Of a stretch of DNA of 62,653 bases, positions 30,196 through 39,237 are shown piece by piece. The stretch lies in assembly GCA_018701105.1 (NCBI GenBank), contig JABIWD010000051.1, positions 1 to 62,653 of the forward strand, in the 5' to 3' direction. A program made the translations under genes and the position numbers. Each line of letters starts with the position of its first letter. The first letter of the stretch is position 1. The notes beneath the pieces were generated by a model that was given only the letters and a program-made list of their open reading frames with translations, was not told the origin of the DNA and did not search any database. This DNA is from Candidatus Uhrbacteria bacterium (GTDB lineage: Bacteria; Patescibacteriota; Patescibacteriia; UBA9934; UBA11717).

Positions 30196-30387
30196 CTACA
30201 TGTGACCTTTGATCAATTTCTCAAGATCTTTGATGTGCTCTTCCTTATCTTCCTTCATCTTCGCCCAAAATGCCTTACAGTCATCACAATCCGCTTCTGC
30301 GAGATAATTACTCTCAATTCGCTTAAGGCTCTTAGCCTCCTGCACCATCTGAATCATTAAGTTATATAGGTGATCTTTCATATTCAT
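30196..30387 (-). CDS. Small helical hypothetical protein, 63 aa
   Basis: ORF with a downstream hairpin terminator (ACAGG...CCTGT followed by TTTG). Confidence 0.5.
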   Translation of the reverse strand: MNMKDHLYNLMIQMVQEAKSLKRIESNYLAEADCDDCKAFWAKMKEDKEEHIKDLEKLIKGHM

Positions 30388-30445
30388 CGCTAGTGATTTA
30401 TATCTATTCTAAGAAGATTGTACCAGACTTTGAGAACGGCATGAT

Positions 30446-30721
30446 CTAGCTCTTTGGCTTTGTTGAAAGGAAATACACTCCAACGGGAATGCTGATAAAT
30501 ATTCCCAAAATCGAAGCAACGCCCAGTAGCCCGAGTAACATATTTATTACTTGCCCAACTCCAGCTGCACTCGATGGCACACTTTCGGCGCCCGCCAACA
30601 GACCAGCTACGACGCTAGATGCTATCGCGAAACCAATCATGGTAAGTATTAATGTTGGCACCGGCCAGATAATCAAAATTAATCCTAGACGCTTCCTCTT
30701 TGCAGCTTTATCTTTTTTCAT
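30446..30721 (-). CDS. Small membrane protein, 91 aa
   Basis: Two or three TM helices in the ORF translation. Confidence 0.5.
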   Translation of the reverse strand: MKKDKAAKRKRLGLILIIWPVPTLILTMIGFAIASSVVAGLLAGAESVPSSAAGVGQVINMLLGLLGVASILGIFISIPVGVYFLSTKPKS

Positions 30722-30735
30722 ATTGATCGTTAAAT

Positions 30736-32073
30736 TTATATCGGTTCAATCGGCTCCGGAAGAATGCATGCATCATTCGCAACACACGCCTCTATCCTAT
30801 ACGCTCCCCTCTTCGGAGCATGCAAGAAACCGTTCATTGCCGCACGAGCTAACCATCCGGACTCAAGCCAGTCTATAAGCCACTCATCCGCATATCTAGG
30901 ATCGCGCTGATCAATACCGGACCCGGCATTCAATAGCCACTCCCTGTTAAAGTCCTCCTGGCTACCTATAGGATCCGCCATGATTATAGGCATACCGAGA
31001 CCTGTATAGAACGAGAGCTCACTCGGTTTCGTCCAGAGCACATCAGTTTCTCGTAACGCCTTATTGAACAACTCAAAATACTTCATTTTATCCCTATCGA
31101 ATATCACATCTACGCCCTTTCCAAGTTCACCTTCTAAGTTGATCTTTTTCACAGCGGCCTTAAAATATCTTGCGACCTCACCGCGAGACCCTGCAGACAA
31201 CAACAATCGTACCTTCCCTGCTCGGATCAGTCCCTGCAGACTTCCGACTATCGTCCTGGCCATACGGCGTTGAGCGCCGGCTCCCCCAACAGCAAACATA
31301 ACGGTCACAGGCTTGTCGTCTTTCTTAGGCAGCTCGCCTAGATGATCGCCAATAGAGTCCTCCATCCTATCAATGTAGTTGCGATTGGGATCGAGGCGTA
31401 CAAGACGTTTTGCAATATCCTTCTTTAGTACGCTGTACTTCATACCGCCAATGTTCTCTTTCGGCAACGGGAAGCCGGTCAAGAAAATATTCTCAGGAAT
31501 CACACCGTATCGTTTCAGCCTCTCCGCAACACGTCGTGATGGAGCATAAAACTTAATCTTCGACTTCTTCGGCTCCATTGGAACCCAGGCTCGAGAAATG
31601 TCAGTATCAGTCAAGATCACGCTAATGTCGTTCTTGTAACCGTAATACTCAGCTGCCTGCGCAGGTATGAAGTAAGTCGTAACCATCGGAAGGTCCTTCT
31701 CAGCAAGTTTCTTGGTTATAAGGTGCTTTAAAAAGTTCTTCTTCTCAAACATCGAATATATTGTCTTCAACTGTGTGCTGGGCTCCGACAGATCGCGCTC
31801 AGGATAAAACTCTGGGATCTCCTGCCAGTGGTCCATGATCTCGAAGATTGGTACACCAACCAACGGAATCTCTCTAATTCGTGAAATCTTTTCATACAAC
31901 TTGCGTGAATTGGACCAAAGATTACGGTCGCTTATCGGAATTCCCTCATAATCATTTGCGGCCACGATTCCCTCATGCGCAAAGTCCTTCAAAGGGTACG
32001 CAGCACGGTCATGACCATACCCCATACTCACAGACACAATCCACGCATCATTGTATATTTTTTGCTTTGCCAT
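30736..32073 (-). CDS. Glycosyltransferase, MGDG-synthase/UgtP-like (GT28-type)
   Basis: N-terminal SVSMGYGHDRAA resembles the G-x-GH-xxAA motif of the MGDG synthase N-domain. The C-terminal half is GT-B-like. Confidence 0.5.
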   Translation of the reverse strand: MAKQKIYNDAWIVSVSMGYGHDRAAYPLKDFAHEGIVAANDYEGIPISDRNLWSNSRKLYEKISRIREIPLVGVPIFEIMDHWQEIPEFYPERDLSEPSTQLKTIYSMFEKKNFLKHLITKKLAEKDLPMVTTYFIPAQAAEYYGYKNDISVILTDTDISRAWVPMEPKKSKIKFYAPSRRVAERLKRYGVIPENIFLTGFPLPKENIGGMKYSVLKKDIAKRLVRLDPNRNYIDRMEDSIGDHLGELPKKDDKPVTVMFAVGGAGAQRRMARTIVGSLQGLIRAGKVRLLLSAGSRGEVARYFKAAVKKINLEGELGKGVDVIFDRDKMKYFELFNKALRETDVLWTKPSELSFYTGLGMPIIMADPIGSQEDFNREWLLNAGSGIDQRDPRYADEWLIDWLESGWLARAAMNGFLHAPKRGAYRIEACVANDACILPEPIEPI

Positions 32074-32099
32074 ACTGATTACCTCGTCTCAAGTAACAA

Positions 32100-32297
32100 T
32101 TATATAACTTGAATCAAATATCCAGCCACGATGCACGCGACACCAATGTAACCAAATTTCTGCTCAAGCTTCATCTCTGAAAATACCTTCTTATCGATCT
32201 TTCTGTCGCTAAGAACACGATGATGAACACGAAGCAACGTAAAGGCTATCAATACCTCACCAATCACCTGAATAGTTAGCCCATAGTTCTCAATCAT
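32100..32297 (-). CDS. Small membrane protein, 65 aa
   Basis: Two TM helices, and tight packing with neighbours. Confidence 0.45.
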   Translation of the reverse strand: MIENYGLTIQVIGEVLIAFTLLRVHHRVLSDRKIDKKVFSEMKLEQKFGYIGVACIVAGYLIQVI

Positions 32298-32298
32298 A

Positions 32299-32679
32299 TT
32301 AGAAGAACGTGACGATCGTCATGTAAACACCAACGGCCAACAACAACAGCCCTGCCGTGTAAGTATACGCTGGTCGCTTCCAAATCTGTACTAGCTTTAT
32401 TGACCTATTTGGCATGAACCAAAGCAATGTTCCCTCCATAAGTGCGAGCCAACCAAATACCGTAATCAATACGCGCCAGTCGTTCGTCCATACGTTGTGG
32501 CTTACAACAATAAAGAGACCTACCAAGAAGTCTATTGCACCACCAATCCAAAGTGCGATGTGATTACTCTTAATCTGCTTCGCCATGATGACGAACTCTT
32601 TTCGATTCGCCAATATGGCAAGTCCGGTAATCACCATGAATAACGCAAGTACTCTGCCTAAGATTAATTCAAAAGCCAT
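32299..32679 (-). CDS. Membrane protein (start at MAFELILG; the ORF track extends to 32781)
   Basis: 4 TM helices. The upstream extension overlaps the preceding gene. Confidence 0.55.
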   Translation of the reverse strand: MAFELILGRVLALFMVITGLAILANRKEFVIMAKQIKSNHIALWIGGAIDFLVGLFIVVSHNVWTNDWRVLITVFGWLALMEGTLLWFMPNRSIKLVQIWKRPAYTYTAGLLLLAVGVYMTIVTFF

Positions 32680-32683
32680 AAGA

Positions 32684-33295
32684 CTATCTTTTATAAATAA
32701 AGTAGTAAATAAATAAACTAAGGATCGCAGACATGAAACACCACACAGAAACAAACGCAGCGCTGAAGAACGTCCAGGCAACGAATGCAGCGAATAGAAC
32801 CAATCCTCCGAAAACGTTCAGCAACTTGTCCGATGCAACGAAGAAAGACCCAACCGTAACCGCAACATAATACACAACGCCAACATAGATCTGATAAAGC
32901 GGCACATCGAGACTGTACGCAATGCTATGCCCAATGACCGAAACATCGAGAGTTTCATTATACAATATGATCATCAAAAACAAAGATGCAAATGCCCCCA
33001 TACTGATTATAGTCGTCAGTATTTGCTTCCTCTTCTTTAACCTTTCCGCCTTGTATATTGCCAATGGAATGTACGTTGGCCAAATAATGAATGCAAATAA
33101 CAGAAATGCGTATGCATAGAACATGTTTGGCTCGGCCGTTAACCACTGCATTCCCTCAAAAAACTGCTGCAAACCAAACAGTAGCGGCATTGCCGCTAAG
33201 TATCGATACTTCTTTTTTGCTTTTTTCAGCGATGCACCTCCTATTACCCCCAATCCGGCGCTCGCAGCAAAGCTAACTGGAGCTGAAAAACACAT
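32684..33295 (-). CDS. Polytopic membrane protein, 203 aa
   Basis: About 6 TM helices. Confidence 0.6.
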   Translation of the reverse strand: MCFSAPVSFAASAGLGVIGGASLKKAKKKYRYLAAMPLLFGLQQFFEGMQWLTAEPNMFYAYAFLLFAFIIWPTYIPLAIYKAERLKKRKQILTTIISMGAFASLFLMIILYNETLDVSVIGHSIAYSLDVPLYQIYVGVVYYVAVTVGSFFVASDKLLNVFGGLVLFAAFVAWTFFSAAFVSVWCFMSAILSLFIYYFIYKR

Positions 33296-33361
33296 AATTA
33301 ACTACATTATATCACGCGAACACAGATTTCTGGGTGTGAACAAGTCGACCTGCGTCAACCA

Positions 33362-33389
33362 TTGACAAATCCCCTCAATCGGCTATACT
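33362..33389 (+). promoter_or_regulatory. Promoter TTGACA-16 nt-TATACT, 9 nt upstream of the ABC-F ATG
   Basis: cattgacaaatcccctcaatcggctatactcaccgaactATG. No SD is present, which implies a leaderless or very short-leader mRNA. Confidence 0.6.
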
Positions 33390-33398
33390 CACCGAACT

Positions 33399-34853
33399 AT
33401 GAGTACACAAGGAGACGTAATCCTTCGTTTTGACGAAGTAACATTTGGACACAATGAAAAGAAGCCTCTTTACGTTGAGGCGAGCTTTTCTGTACGCGAG
33501 AATACAAAGCTTACATTGATGGGACAGAATGGTGCCGGAAAGTCTACGCTATTCAAGTTGATCACCGGTGAGTTTAAGCCCGACAAAGGAACGCTTCATT
33601 TGCGAGATGGTGCAACTATCGGAATCGCTAAGCAGGTAATGGATCGAAAGTATCTTGAAATGACAGTTGCAGAGTACTTTACTTCTGCATTTGATGAGGT
33701 GCCACGAAACATTCCTGTGCTCATCGACGAAGCGCTCGATGCTGTGAACTACAAGATTCCGCACGACAAAGTGCTTAAGGATCTTTCTGGAGGTCAGCAG
33801 GCGCGATTATTGCTCGCGTTCGCGATTATTCAAAAGCCGGACATCCTACTTTTGGACGAGCCTACAAACAACTTGGACGAAGATGGGATCGGTCACTTGA
33901 TCATGTTCTTGATGATGTACGAGAAAACAGTAATCGTGATCTCTCACGATGCAAACTTCTTGAACACATTTACAGACGGCGTTGTGTACATCGACGTTGT
34001 TGAAAAAACTATAGACCAGTACGTGGGCGACTACTTTGCTGTTGTAGAAAAGATCAAGGCGCGAATCGCGGCAGAGCAAAGAAAGAACGCTCAATTAAAG
34101 AAATCAATTCAGGATCGCAAAGATAAAGTGAACTTCTTTGCACACAAAGGTGGAAAAATGCGTAAACTCGCATCAAAGCTCAAAGATGAGGTAGCTGACG
34201 CTGAAGACAGTATGGTTTCCGTGAAACGAGACGATGTCACTATCTCTCCTTTCACGATTGAAGCTGCACCGTATGACAAGCCTCTCGTCACGATCTCGAG
34301 TGTCGGGATCATGAAAGACCACGAGCCGGTTCACCGCGATGTTGATATCTCGCTACGTCGAGGAGAGCGTCTACGAATAAAAGGGCCAAACGGAATTGGA
34401 AAGACTACCCTTCTAGAAAGACTTGCGAACAGAAAGGAAGAAGGCGCGGTTATCCCTAACGATGTCACGATCGGATACTACCGACAAGACTTCTCGGGAC
34501 TAGACTTCTCTCAAACTGCGTACGAGTCACTCGAAGAAGTAATGGAAGTTGGAGATCGAGAGACGATTTTCGCAACAGGGGCCCGATTCCTACTTAAAGG
34601 TGACGTTCTCACAAACGAGATCGGCACATTGTCTGAGGGACAAAAAGCCCTACTCAGTTTTGCACGGTTTACACTACAGAAGCCGAACCTGTTGATCCTG
34701 GACGAGCCTACAAACCACGTGAACTTCCGACACTTACCAGTGATCGCAGAAGCATTGGATGCATTTGAAGGTACGATCATTGCAGTGAGTCATGATGAGG
34801 AGTTCATGCAGAAGATCAAAGTGGAACGAGACCTCGACCTTGGAAGATTATAA
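33399..34853 (+). CDS. ABC-F family ATPase (two ABC domains, no TMD)
   Basis: GQNGAGKST and GPNGIGKTT Walker A motifs, plus LSGGQQ and LSEGQK signature motifs. Confidence 0.88.
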   Translation: MSTQGDVILRFDEVTFGHNEKKPLYVEASFSVRENTKLTLMGQNGAGKSTLFKLITGEFKPDKGTLHLRDGATIGIAKQVMDRKYLEMTVAEYFTSAFDEVPRNIPVLIDEALDAVNYKIPHDKVLKDLSGGQQARLLLAFAIIQKPDILLLDEPTNNLDEDGIGHLIMFLMMYEKTVIVISHDANFLNTFTDGVVYIDVVEKTIDQYVGDYFAVVEKIKARIAAEQRKNAQLKKSIQDRKDKVNFFAHKGGKMRKLASKLKDEVADAEDSMVSVKRDDVTISPFTIEAAPYDKPLVTISSVGIMKDHEPVHRDVDISLRRGERLRIKGPNGIGKTTLLERLANRKEEGAVIPNDVTIGYYRQDFSGLDFSQTAYESLEEVMEVGDRETIFATGARFLLKGDVLTNEIGTLSEGQKALLSFARFTLQKPNLLILDEPTNHVNFRHLPVIAEALDAFEGTIIAVSHDEEFMQKIKVERDLDLGRL

Positions 34854-34861
34854 GAATCAAA

Positions 34862-34883
34862 AATAACCGCCTAGGCGGTTATT
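34862..34883. terminator. Bidirectional terminator
   Basis: AATAACCGCC-TAG-GCGGTTATT followed by TTG. Confidence 0.7.
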
Positions 34884-34887
34884 TTGT

Positions 34888-36426
34888 TTAGTGTTCAAAA
34901 TAGTAGTCAATGATCATTTCCTCCGTCATAAGCTCAATCGGGGCGCGATCATCTGTGAGTACGAGCTGCTCAGGATCATGAACAAACTCGACTGCCTGAC
35001 TGCTCAGCACGTTCGCGTAAGTGTTCAGCGGCTCCTCGAGCTCGAGCTCGTGAAGTAACTCGAGATTGATCGGCCCATTTGATGCAAGTACGATGTAATT
35101 CCACGATGCATTGTGAGTCAGGGGAACAACATAAGTATGACTGAAGACAGACGAGACCGTATTCGAGATCGCAGACAAGAGGGGCGCCTCGAGACTAGTC
35201 GCATTCATGTTCAACGCCACGACACCACCATCTTTCAAAGCAAGCTCGGCATCCCGCCAAAACTCCTGTGTTGTCATCGTGAACGGAATGTACAGTTGCT
35301 GTGTGTACGCATCAATAATCAACAGATCGTATGCGCTCTGTTTACGCTCGACGAACAACCTTCCATCCTCGTTAAATACCGTCAATGACGGTTGATCAAG
35401 TTCAAAATATTCACGCGCAACCTCAATCACCTTCTTGTCGATCTCAACACCATCGATTGCAACGCGATCACCATAGATGCTCGTAAATGCTCTGGATAGA
35501 GACCCTCCTGCTAATCCTATTATCCCAACATTAACCTCATCTTCAAACAATTCTGGCAGTGGCAAATAATAGTCGTAGTACATTCCGAGAAATATATCTT
35601 CAGGATCAAACACAGATTGAACACCAAGTCCTTCATTGAACAATAGCATTCTACGATCGTCGTCGTCTTCAATCACCTCAATGTACTGATAAACCGACTC
35701 ACCCCTGTATATCGACCGCGCTGAAACGGGTTCGAGCATCGAGAACGATCCAAATATTGCAAAGACTATCACGAGAAGGATATATCTCTTATCCCGATAC
35801 AACCCGACGCCAGAGACAACTATCAAGATCAACGCAAAAATTAGAATCGTCCACCGAGTTCCGACCGTTGGTATCAACCACAGCGTCGGTAAAAATGTTC
35901 CTAGAATACTGCCGACTGTCGATAACGCGAAAATCGATCCAGCCTGTTCTCCTAAGTGCGCCTCATCGTCCGCGTACAGCTTGATTACGTATGGACTCAC
36001 CATGCCGAGCAACAGAAGTGGCATTGCAAATAGAATCAGGATCAACAAAAACGATCCCAACATTATCATCGTAGATGCTGACGCTGTCTCGAATATCGCC
36101 AACTTGATTACGATCGCTAACGGTGCAGCAGCAAATGGCACGAACGCGAACATCAATCCCGCAATGCATAAAAGCCAGAGCAGCATCTTGAGCTCAGGTT
36201 TCTTGTCAGCGAGCTTCCCTCCGATGTAATAGCCGATCGATAATGCGATCATGACTACGCCGATTACGTTTGTCCACACGAATAGTGAGGTACCAAAAAA
36301 TGGCGCAATCAAACGAGATGCGCCAATTTCCATAGCCATGATAGACATTCCTGCCACGAATGCAATCGTCAAAAGATATTTGGATCGAAACTGTGATTTC
36401 ATGTCACCACAGTATATCAAATCCAC
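34888..36426 (-). CDS. Spermidine-synthase-like (polyamine aminopropyltransferase fold) protein fused to a 7-8 TM N-terminal domain
   Basis: YQYIEVIEDDDDRRMLLFNEGLGVQS and IIGLAGGS motifs, following a long hydrophobic N-terminal half. Confidence 0.75.
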   Translation of the reverse strand: MDLIYCGDMKSQFRSKYLLTIAFVAGMSIMAMEIGASRLIAPFFGTSLFVWTNVIGVVMIALSIGYYIGGKLADKKPELKMLLWLLCIAGLMFAFVPFAAAPLAIVIKLAIFETASASTMIMLGSFLLILILFAMPLLLLGMVSPYVIKLYADDEAHLGEQAGSIFALSTVGSILGTFLPTLWLIPTVGTRWTILIFALILIVVSGVGLYRDKRYILLVIVFAIFGSFSMLEPVSARSIYRGESVYQYIEVIEDDDDRRMLLFNEGLGVQSVFDPEDIFLGMYYDYYLPLPELFEDEVNVGIIGLAGGSLSRAFTSIYGDRVAIDGVEIDKKVIEVAREYFELDQPSLTVFNEDGRLFVERKQSAYDLLIIDAYTQQLYIPFTMTTQEFWRDAELALKDGGVVALNMNATSLEAPLLSAISNTVSSVFSHTYVVPLTHNASWNYIVLASNGPINLELLHELELEEPLNTYANVLSSQAVEFVHDPEQLVLTDDRAPIELMTEEMIIDYYFEH

Positions 36427-37100
36427 TACTTCCCCGCGTTACGCTTCTGCTCCGTGAACCATTCAAGGGCCTTCACGAGCTCTGCCTCATCAAATGCCGG
36501 CCACTTGGTATCGGTAAAGTAAAGCTCAGCATAAGTAGCCTGCCATGTTAGGAAGTTTGAGAGACGTTGATGCCCTCCAGTGCGGATCACAAGATCCACG
36601 TCCGGCAACTCGGGAAAATCAAGTGAGCTCAAGATCGCATCCTCAGTGATCTCGCCACCGCTTTTAACGATCTTGCGCGCTGCTCGCACGATCTCGTCAC
36701 GTCCGCCATAGTTCACACAAACCGTAAGGGTGAGGCTTTTGTTATCTTTTGTCTCCTCTTCGAGAGTTCGCACTGTTTGTTGAACAGCTTCTGGCAAACC
36801 CTTTATGTTTCCAATCGCGCGGAAGACAACGTCATTATCTTTAAATAAGTCCCGATAATCGATAAGCTTCACGAACAAAGAAAACAGGTGTTTCAACTCT
36901 GATTCTGATCGATTTGCGACATTCTCAGTAGATAGTGCGTAAAGTGTTAGGAACGAGATTCCCTGCTTTACCGATTCCAATGTTATTCGTTTCAAATTCT
37001 TGGCACCATGCGTATGCCCAACAATCTTTGGGTACCCTTTTTCCACCGCCCAACGACGATTTCCATCCATGATTATTGCGACGTGTTTTGGTATGTTCAT
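36426..37100 (-). CDS. uppS: Isoprenyl transferase (undecaprenyl diphosphate synthase)
   Basis: HVAIIMDGNRRWA and the RTGGHQRLSNFLTWQ motif. Confidence 0.92.
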   Translation of the reverse strand: MNIPKHVAIIMDGNRRWAVEKGYPKIVGHTHGAKNLKRITLESVKQGISFLTLYALSTENVANRSESELKHLFSLFVKLIDYRDLFKDNDVVFRAIGNIKGLPEAVQQTVRTLEEETKDNKSLTLTVCVNYGGRDEIVRAARKIVKSGGEITEDAILSSLDFPELPDVDLVIRTGGHQRLSNFLTWQATYAELYFTDTKWPAFDEAELVKALEWFTEQKRNAGK

Positions 37101-37128
37101 ATGTTCTATTTGATGAGACTAACCCTAT

Positions 37129-37644
37129 ATGAAAGGATCGCGGAGGTCAATGTTGACATTCAGCTCTATTACGAGTAACTTCGAGACATCGCGAATGGAC
37201 GCGTGGAACACGAGGTTGCAAGTGAACGAGCGTATGGCAGCGTTGAGACTGAAGAAGGTGATTGGCAACCCACTGACAGTGGGACTGCTACTGGGTGCTT
37301 TGAACTTCCTGGCGATCGTCCTGATCAAGCCGAAGAACTACGCCATGGGAATCGCAACGTTGGCGATCTTTGGAGGAGTCATCTTCGTCGTGCAGCATGC
37401 GTGGATGAGCCTGTTCGTAGATACGGTCGTTGAGAAGGCGAGCGTGGTGATCACGCTCAGGCAAACTCTCGACTTCATCATCATCGGTGCCATCATCCTC
37501 CTGATGATCTTCGGTGGTCATCCCGACATGCTCTCAGGTCCCACTGCGCGATTCCGTTTCGTGACCCCCCTGATGAGCATCGCGGTCTGGGTTGGATACC
37601 TGACCATCTGGCTCTACACCAGAACACGTGATCGCGGCAAATGA
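37129..37644 (+). CDS. GC-rich orphan membrane protein (start ambiguous: 37129, 37150 or 37195)
   Basis: Four TM helices. GGAGG precedes the ATG at 37150. A TTGACA-17-TAACTT at 37153-37181 could instead drive a short-leader start at 37195. Confidence 0.5.
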   Translation: MKGSRRSMLTFSSITSNFETSRMDAWNTRLQVNERMAALRLKKVIGNPLTVGLLLGALNFLAIVLIKPKNYAMGIATLAIFGGVIFVVQHAWMSLFVDTVVEKASVVITLRQTLDFIIIGAIILLMIFGGHPDMLSGPTARFRFVTPLMSIAVWVGYLTIWLYTRTRDRGK

Positions 37645-37673
37645 TCGTCTCCCCACGACACAAACTGACAACG

Positions 37674-37699
37674 GCACCCGCTCGGGTGCTAGTTTTTTT
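37674..37699. terminator. Hairpin terminator GCACCC-GCTC-GGGTGC followed by a T-run
   Basis: Its sequence context, gacaacggcacccgctcgggtgc, resembles the terminator at 21802-21834. Confidence 0.65.
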
Positions 37700-37937
37700 A
37701 TATCAACTCTTCTTTTTCTGATTTTCTAAATTTCTTGATCTCCGCCTCCCTTTTCTTTGCGTCGGACTCGGAGCTCACACTCTCACTCCAAACAAGCTCA
37801 ACGGGAAGATGAGCGCGCGTATACTTTACTCCTTTGCCAGAACGGTGCTCAGCGACGCGGCGATCAAGATCGGTCGTAACTCCTGTATACAAACTCCCAC
37901 CTTTACAACGTAACATGTATACAAACCATTTTTTCAT
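37698..37937 (-). CDS. GIY-YIG nuclease-domain protein (start at MKKWFVYML; the ORF track extends to 37997)
   Basis: WFVYMLRCKGGSLYTGVTTDLDRRVAEH is the GIY-YIG signature. Confidence 0.8.
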   Translation of the reverse strand: MKKWFVYMLRCKGGSLYTGVTTDLDRRVAEHRSGKGVKYTRAHLPVELVWSESVSSESDAKKREAEIKKFRKSEKEELI

Positions 37938-37953
37938 AAAACAAAAACGAGGG

Positions 37954-38112
37954 TTATTTATCCCCTCGTGTTCCTGTCCGCTTTGCTGCGCGCCCAATGC
38001 CGGAATAGTTGTTTGTTGAACTCATTGGATTCTTGTTACCAGATCCAAAGCTTTCGTTTGCAACTTTAAATTTTCCGCTCTTCGATAATTTCGCTTTATT
38101 CTTACTGGCCAT
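37954..38112 (-). CDS. Small basic protein, 52 aa (below the ORF-track cutoff)
   Basis: Hand translation gives MASKNKAKLSKSGKFKVANESFGSGNKNPMSSTNNYSGIGRAAKRTGTRGDK. The stop is embedded in the hairpin CGAGGG...CCCTCG, which is followed by TTTTTG. Confidence 0.3.
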   Translation of the reverse strand: MASKNKAKLSKSGKFKVANESFGSGNKNPMSSTNNYSGIGRAAKRTGTRGDK

Positions 38113-38124
38113 AAATTTCTTTTA

Positions 38125-39237
38125 TCATTTAATCACCTCATGAAGCTCTACGGCCTCATCCACAATCTCTACGTTGAATCGTACTCGTCCCATTGTCTGC
38201 CCTCTCTCGGTTTCAACATCAACCCGCCAAAGTCCCGGTTGAATGTTGTTTGAAAACGAGAATCCACGATACCCATCCCCTCGCCCACCAAACAGTGAGT
38301 ACGATGGTCGGCTCCAGTCTACCCACTCACGATCATCTTCATCGTAATGCTGCCATTGGTGATATATAGTCGTATCAAGAGCAGCGGGTGCAAATATTGA
38401 GGCGAACACGTAGATGCGCTCACCGCTTACGGCATGAATCGTCTGCCCTGGCAGTACCGAATCCAGCCATCCGTCGTTTTCCTCCTCGACTACGTACGAC
38501 CCGTTTACGCGCTGAACACTATGATAAATACCGGCATCTGTCAATGACAGTGGGATCGGCGGAATCACATTCGCGAAGTATAGTACATTCATAGACACGA
38601 ATATCGTTATTACCACCATCGCGATCCCTGACCTCTGAGACCTTATAGAGAATAAGTATCTGCCAAGAAACTGCACGTACAAAAGCATCGCAAACAGGCT
38701 CGCAACACCACTTACCAGAAACACCCATGGCTCAATCGAGTTAAAAATGTACGGCAAGACGAGTGCGAACAGTGAGAAAATAATGAAGTAGTATACGCCG
38801 ACCTGCACAACAGGCTTCAAGTAGTAATGCCGTAGAACATCGTTAGACGCCATCAACGAAGCGATAATGATCATGAACGGCCAACTTACCGAGAACGATC
38901 CAGAGAACCAGTAGAAGATCAACGACGCACTCAACAACGCTCCAAACGTAAACTGAACAATGAGCGGCGCTGCAAGTCTGAGGTATCGCCATCGTGTTTC
39001 CTGAGCCTTCCTACTTCCCGCGTCATAAATGTGCATGAATGCGATCGTAGATCCGGAAACAATCAAATGTGCTAAGAGCAACATGAATGCGGTGTTGATC
39101 TCGATAGATCTAAATGTAACAAAATCAACCGCAACACCAAAGATCAAAGTCCCTGGAATCAGTAGGCGCTCATGTTTATCGTAAAGATGCTTTAGTTTAC
39201 GATAACGCTTTGAAGTTTTTAGTCTTTCTCTAATCAT
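38125..39237 (-). CDS. Polytopic membrane protein with a DUF2914-like C-terminal domain
   Basis: About 8 TM helices, then a YHQWQHYD...GGRGDGYRGFSF...PGLWRVDVETERGQTMGRVRFNV segment. Confidence 0.6.
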   Translation of the reverse strand: MIRERLKTSKRYRKLKHLYDKHERLLIPGTLIFGVAVDFVTFRSIEINTAFMLLLAHLIVSGSTIAFMHIYDAGSRKAQETRWRYLRLAAPLIVQFTFGALLSASLIFYWFSGSFSVSWPFMIIIASLMASNDVLRHYYLKPVVQVGVYYFIIFSLFALVLPYIFNSIEPWVFLVSGVASLFAMLLYVQFLGRYLFSIRSQRSGIAMVVITIFVSMNVLYFANVIPPIPLSLTDAGIYHSVQRVNGSYVVEEENDGWLDSVLPGQTIHAVSGERIYVFASIFAPAALDTTIYHQWQHYDEDDREWVDWSRPSYSLFGGRGDGYRGFSFSNNIQPGLWRVDVETERGQTMGRVRFNVEIVDEAVELHEVIK

